Assembly: GCA_024231955.1 (NCBI GenBank)
Contig: JAAEPZ010000538.1
Span: 766,551 to 830,550 of the forward strand
Reading direction: 5' to 3'
Source: a bacterium
GTDB lineage: Bacteria; Krumholzibacteriota; Krumholzibacteriia; JACNKJ01
DNA: 64,000 nucleotides
This document shows positions 60,394-64,000 of this stretch, in pieces. A model generated the notes under the pieces. That model searched no databases, was not told the origin of the DNA, and worked only from the letters and a program-made list of their open reading frames with translations. The number at the start of each line of letters is the position of its first letter. The stretch's first letter is position 1. A program made the translations under genes and the position numbers.

Positions 60394-61359
60394 TCAATCA
60401 GTGGTGGAGACCGTACTCTGCCGCCGCCTATTGATGTGGAGACGGGTGACATCCGGACGGGAGTAGTGCCCGGCCGGGTCGAAGTTCTGCCGCTCCTCCC
60501 GAATACGACGATGATCGATCTCGGCCGTGACCAGGGTCTCATCCGACCCCAGAGGTTCGATCAACCAATTCCCGTCCGGGCCGGCCAGGCAGGAGCCGCC
60601 CGCGGCGAACAGCTTTTCACCTCGGGCCAGAATCGTGTCGCGGTGCGGTGTGGCCGGAGGAAAATCCTCGGGACGGGTAACGCAGGATACCGACATCACA
60701 TACGAGCGCCCCTCCCGTGCGATGAAGGGGGTGATCTCCCGCGTGTTGTGGGGACCGCCGGGCCAGACGGCGACATGCAGGTCCTCGCCCAGGCCATAGA
60801 GCGCGGCGCGGGGCAGCGGCATCCAGTTTTCCCAGCAATTGAGGCCGCCAACCGTGAAAGCGCCCAGGGGATGCGTGCGGAGCCCGTTGCCGTCGCCGGG
60901 GGACCAGGTCAAACGCTCATCGTGGGTGGGCATCAGTTTGCGATGGAGCGAGGCGATCTCGCCGTCGCGGGTGATATGGGCCAGCGAGCAGTAGAGGCTG
61001 TGACCGCCACGATCGGCAGGGCGTTCGACCAGGCCCAGGTAGACCGCCACCTTGAACCTGCGGGCCTGCTCGCATACTGCGGTTAAATGACCGGCCTCGA
61101 CCTGAACTGCTTGATCCAGATAGAGGGCGTGCAGCTCCTTGTGGACGGGAGAATCGAATTCGGCCCCGGTGCGTTCGATCCAGAAGGGGTAACCCGGCAC
61201 CGCAGCCTCGCCAAAGGCCACCAGGTCGCAACCGGCGGAGCCGACCTCCTCGATCCGCTCCAGAACCTTGATCAGCGTGCGTTCACGATCCAGCCAGACG
61301 GGGGCAATCTGGGCCAGGGCCACTTTCAGGCGGTCGGGGTGTTTGCCGGTTCCTGTCAT
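60394..61359 (-). CDS. Carbon-nitrogen hydrolase (nitrilase-superfamily) protein.
   Basis: E-K-C triad context: LVAFGEA (Glu), RKLMPT (Lys), GGLNCWENW (Cys). Confidence 0.8.
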   Translation of the reverse strand: MTGTGKHPDRLKVALAQIAPVWLDRERTLIKVLERIEEVGSAGCDLVAFGEAAVPGYPFWIERTGAEFDSPVHKELHALYLDQAVQVEAGHLTAVCEQARRFKVAVYLGLVERPADRGGHSLYCSLAHITRDGEIASLHRKLMPTHDERLTWSPGDGNGLRTHPLGAFTVGGLNCWENWMPLPRAALYGLGEDLHVAVWPGGPHNTREITPFIAREGRSYVMSVSCVTRPEDFPPATPHRDTILARGEKLFAAGGSCLAGPDGNWLIEPLGSDETLVTAEIDHRRIREERQNFDPAGHYSRPDVTRLHINRRRQSTVSTTD

Positions 61360-61398
61360 GATCTCTCCTTGCGGATATGGTCAGAGCGGTGGCGAAGC

Positions 61399-62277
61399 TC
61401 AAAGATCGGCCAAAAATCGACGTGCGGCGGGGGCCAGACCCTGCATCGGCGCGTGCAGCACCTGAATCTTGCGCAACGGCTTCAGGCGCGGCGGACTGAT
61501 GAACACGACCTCATCACTCGGCAGACGATCTCCGAGCAGGTGCTCGGGCAGTACCGCCAGACCGAGCCCCGCGCGAACCAGTTGGAAGATCACCTCGGGG
61601 CGATCGATCTCCATGCGCACATGGAAGGGGAGGTCGGCCTCCTCGAACGCGCGCTCCAGGATTGAGCGCGAGACGGAGTGCCGCGGGTAGCTGATCCAAC
61701 CCTCCTGCTCCAGTTTGCGCCGTCCGGGACGGTGTCCCAGCCGCTTCTGAGCCTCGGCCGGAGCGATCACGCGCATGGGGTCATCCCGAAATGAGCGCCC
61801 CTCGAATCCCGTCGGTATCTCCTCGCCCAGCACGAAGGCCAGGTCGATCTCACCCCGTTTCAGGGCGGCGAGCAGCGGACGACTGCCGTCCACGCGCACG
61901 GAGATTTCGAGCTGGGGGTGCTGCCGGTTGAAGCGTTTCAACGGATCGGGTAGATGGATCATGGCCGCAACATCCACGGCGCCGAGCGCCAGGCGGCCAC
62001 TGAGCAGCCCCTTCAGCTGGGCGATCGCCTGCCTCCCCTCCTCGACGCGTCGGACCACGTCCCGCGCAACGGGGAGAAATATCTCCCCCGCCGCCGTGAG
62101 TCCGATCTGTCTGCCGCGCCCTTCGGGGCGCTTGATGAGAAGTTCACCGAGATGCTGCTCGAGCGCCTTGATCGACTGACTGACCGCCGGTTGGGTGATG
62201 AACAGTTTCTCCGCCGCGGCACGGAAGCTGCCGCTTTCGATCACGGCCAGAAAGCATTCCAGTTGACGACGCTCCAT
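61399..62277 (-). CDS. LysR-family transcriptional regulator.
   Basis: N-terminal HTH LECFLAVIESGSFRAAAEKLFITQPAVSQSIKALEQHLG and a LysR substrate-binding domain. Confidence 0.85.
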   Translation of the reverse strand: MERRQLECFLAVIESGSFRAAAEKLFITQPAVSQSIKALEQHLGELLIKRPEGRGRQIGLTAAGEIFLPVARDVVRRVEEGRQAIAQLKGLLSGRLALGAVDVAAMIHLPDPLKRFNRQHPQLEISVRVDGSRPLLAALKRGEIDLAFVLGEEIPTGFEGRSFRDDPMRVIAPAEAQKRLGHRPGRRKLEQEGWISYPRHSVSRSILERAFEEADLPFHVRMEIDRPEVIFQLVRAGLGLAVLPEHLLGDRLPSDEVVFISPPRLKPLRKIQVLHAPMQGLAPAARRFLADL

Positions 62278-62417
62278 CGCGACCCCTTTGACGACATCCG
62301 ATCGGACACATGGTTACGTGATATGATAAGGTGCATTGATAGTACATTTTGTCGTGATCAATATCAATGATCGAGGACGGATCTCATGATTCAGTGATCC
62401 GCCGTTCCGTTTTCCTC

Positions 62418-63678
62418 TCAGCTCAATTCGGCGAGATCAACCACCCGATGCTCCCGGCGCGCCAACTCGGCGGCGAAGACCATGAGGTGGCTCTCCAGGG
62501 ATTCCCGCGCACCCGACAGGATCAGACTCCGATCCTCCGCGGCAACGGCCCTGACGAATGAGTCCATCAAACCGAAATCGCCGCCGTCGTGCCCCGCAAG
62601 CGTGTCGTCGTCCAGCGATGTGTCGAACTCACGAGTTGTGTCCCTCCTGAAATCGTAGAGTCGGAGCTTGGCTCCGTCGCCGGTGAGCTCCCCATGCGTG
62701 CCGAAAATGCCTGTGCGACGGGCCGTCGCCCGGGTGAAGGCCGTCATCGTGAATGCTGCGGTCCGGTCGCCTTCGAAGAGGAGATTGACTATCTGATGAT
62801 CGACCACATCGTTGTCGCAATCATAGACGCAGCGGCCATAGGGACCCTCACGCAATGCCTGGTGCAGGTTCTCCTCGGTGACCTCCTCGCAGACCACATC
62901 CAGCGGCCAGCCCGTTGTCCCCTTTTGGAGGAAGCCGGAGTAGATTACGGGGGCGGAGTAGGGGCAGCTCGTTTTGAGGATGCAGTCGAGGCAGCGAGCA
63001 CTCGCACCGGCGGGTTTGTTGGCGGCACGGAAGTGGGTAAGGGCGCCGAAGGAGGAGGTCGAGAGGCAGCGGCTACCCATGATATGGCGCAGCCAGTCGA
63101 GATCGTGGCAGGATTTGGCCAGCAGCATGAACGTCGATTCGGTTTCGTTGCGCCAGTTGCCCCGTACGAATGAGTGAGCCTGGTGCCAGTAACCAACCGG
63201 TTCCAGGTGCTGAATGCTGATGATCTCGCCCAGCACTCCCGATGCGATCAGCTCTTTGAGTTTGCGCGTGTAGTTCGAATAACGGAGCACATGGCAGACC
63301 GCGAAGATGATCCCCGCTCTCTCCACCGCGCCGGTGATGCGACGGCAGCCTGCGGCGTCCGGCGCCATCGGTTTCTCGAGCAGCATATGATAGCCGCGGG
63401 CGGCGAATGCCTCGGCCGGTTCGACATGCATGGCGTCCTGGGTCGCGATGATCACGCCGTCGGCGAACCGTTCGCGCGTGGCCATCTGCCGCCAACCGGA
63501 GAAACGATTCGCGGCGGGAATCTCATGCGCGTCGGCCAGTTGCCGTCTGAAGTACTCGCGGGGCTCGGCCACCCCCACGATGCGGAGACGGTCGGGATGG
63601 GCGAGAGCGTATTCGGAATACGCTGTTCCGCGGCTGCCCGCGCCGGCGACAATCAGGCTGATCCGTTTCAAGCAAACA
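62418..63678 (-). CDS. Gfo/Idh/MocA-family NAD(P)-dependent oxidoreductase.
   Basis: Rossmann ISLIVAGAGSRG and EKPMA motif. Probable TTG start after an AAGGTG RBS; the listed ORF extends upstream without a plausible RBS. Confidence 0.65.
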
Positions 63679-64000
63679 CCTTGCTTCGCATTTGGGGGGC
63701 GTAGGACCGGAGCCAACGGCCGTAAGCACCATGCCCCGGTACATCGTCTGATATCCGCAGCCGATTCCCCGCCCACAATCGTCCACAACACTGCGCCAGG
63801 TGCAAGCAGTCGCATCTGTCGCGACTGCGGCATCTGGGAGAGCATATCGGGAATGGCGGATACTGACAAGGCCGTCGCGCATAAAGGCGCGCTACTACAG
63901 AGTGTCGGCCGATTCCCGGATAGGGAGATGACCGCGACGGAGAGAGGGGGATACCGGTGTTCGGCACCGAGACAGCAAACAAAAGTTCAGCTCAAAATCG

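Overview
This window is a high-GC (roughly 60-65 %) bacterial chromosomal segment with dense coding on both strands. Many long antisense shadow ORFs are rejected as composition artefacts. Four secreted proteins end in the PNPFNP-type Por_Secre_tail/T9SS-like C-terminal domain. Together with a GWxTD-domain protein and a short (91 aa) ATP synthase epsilon, this suggests an FCB-superphylum-like or related candidate-phylum lineage; this is an inference. The content in order is as follows. A TPR protein and a secreted CTD protein. A GT-C(ArnT/PMT-like)+TPR glycosyltransferase and an AMMECR1 protein. A Ser/Thr kinase with a large TPR region carrying an internal low-GC block, then a GT4 glycosyltransferase and NrnA. 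A sigma-54 enhancer-binding protein (GAF-AAA-HTH), followed by a sigma-54 promoter driving a tandem array of three intact and one degenerate 25-aa hydrophobic peptide genes. A structured leader with a 28-bp tandem repeat, followed by a further 35-aa peptide ORF. A complete F1Fo ATP synthase operon (atpZ-like, atpI, atpBEFHAGDC). Beta-helix secreted proteins and a secreted YafJ-like Ntn amidotransferase with CTD, then an MBL hydrolase, mtnA/mtnB, a CMD protein, a DEAD-box helicase, a low-GC membrane protein and a GH13 enzyme. A minus-strand array GT2-LAB_N-GT-C-GWxTD-M81 peptidase-giant 1821-aa four-module beta-helix CTD protein. An S8 subtilase with CTD, CheW, an MCP with duplicated CHASE3, NadA, a zf-HC2 anti-sigma preceded by an apparent ECF sigma remnant, an MthK-like K+ channel, an ArsR-controlled thiol/peroxide redox operon, a nitrilase, LysR and a Gfo/Idh/MocA oxidoreductase. 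No rRNA, tRNA, CRISPR array or transposase was recognised.
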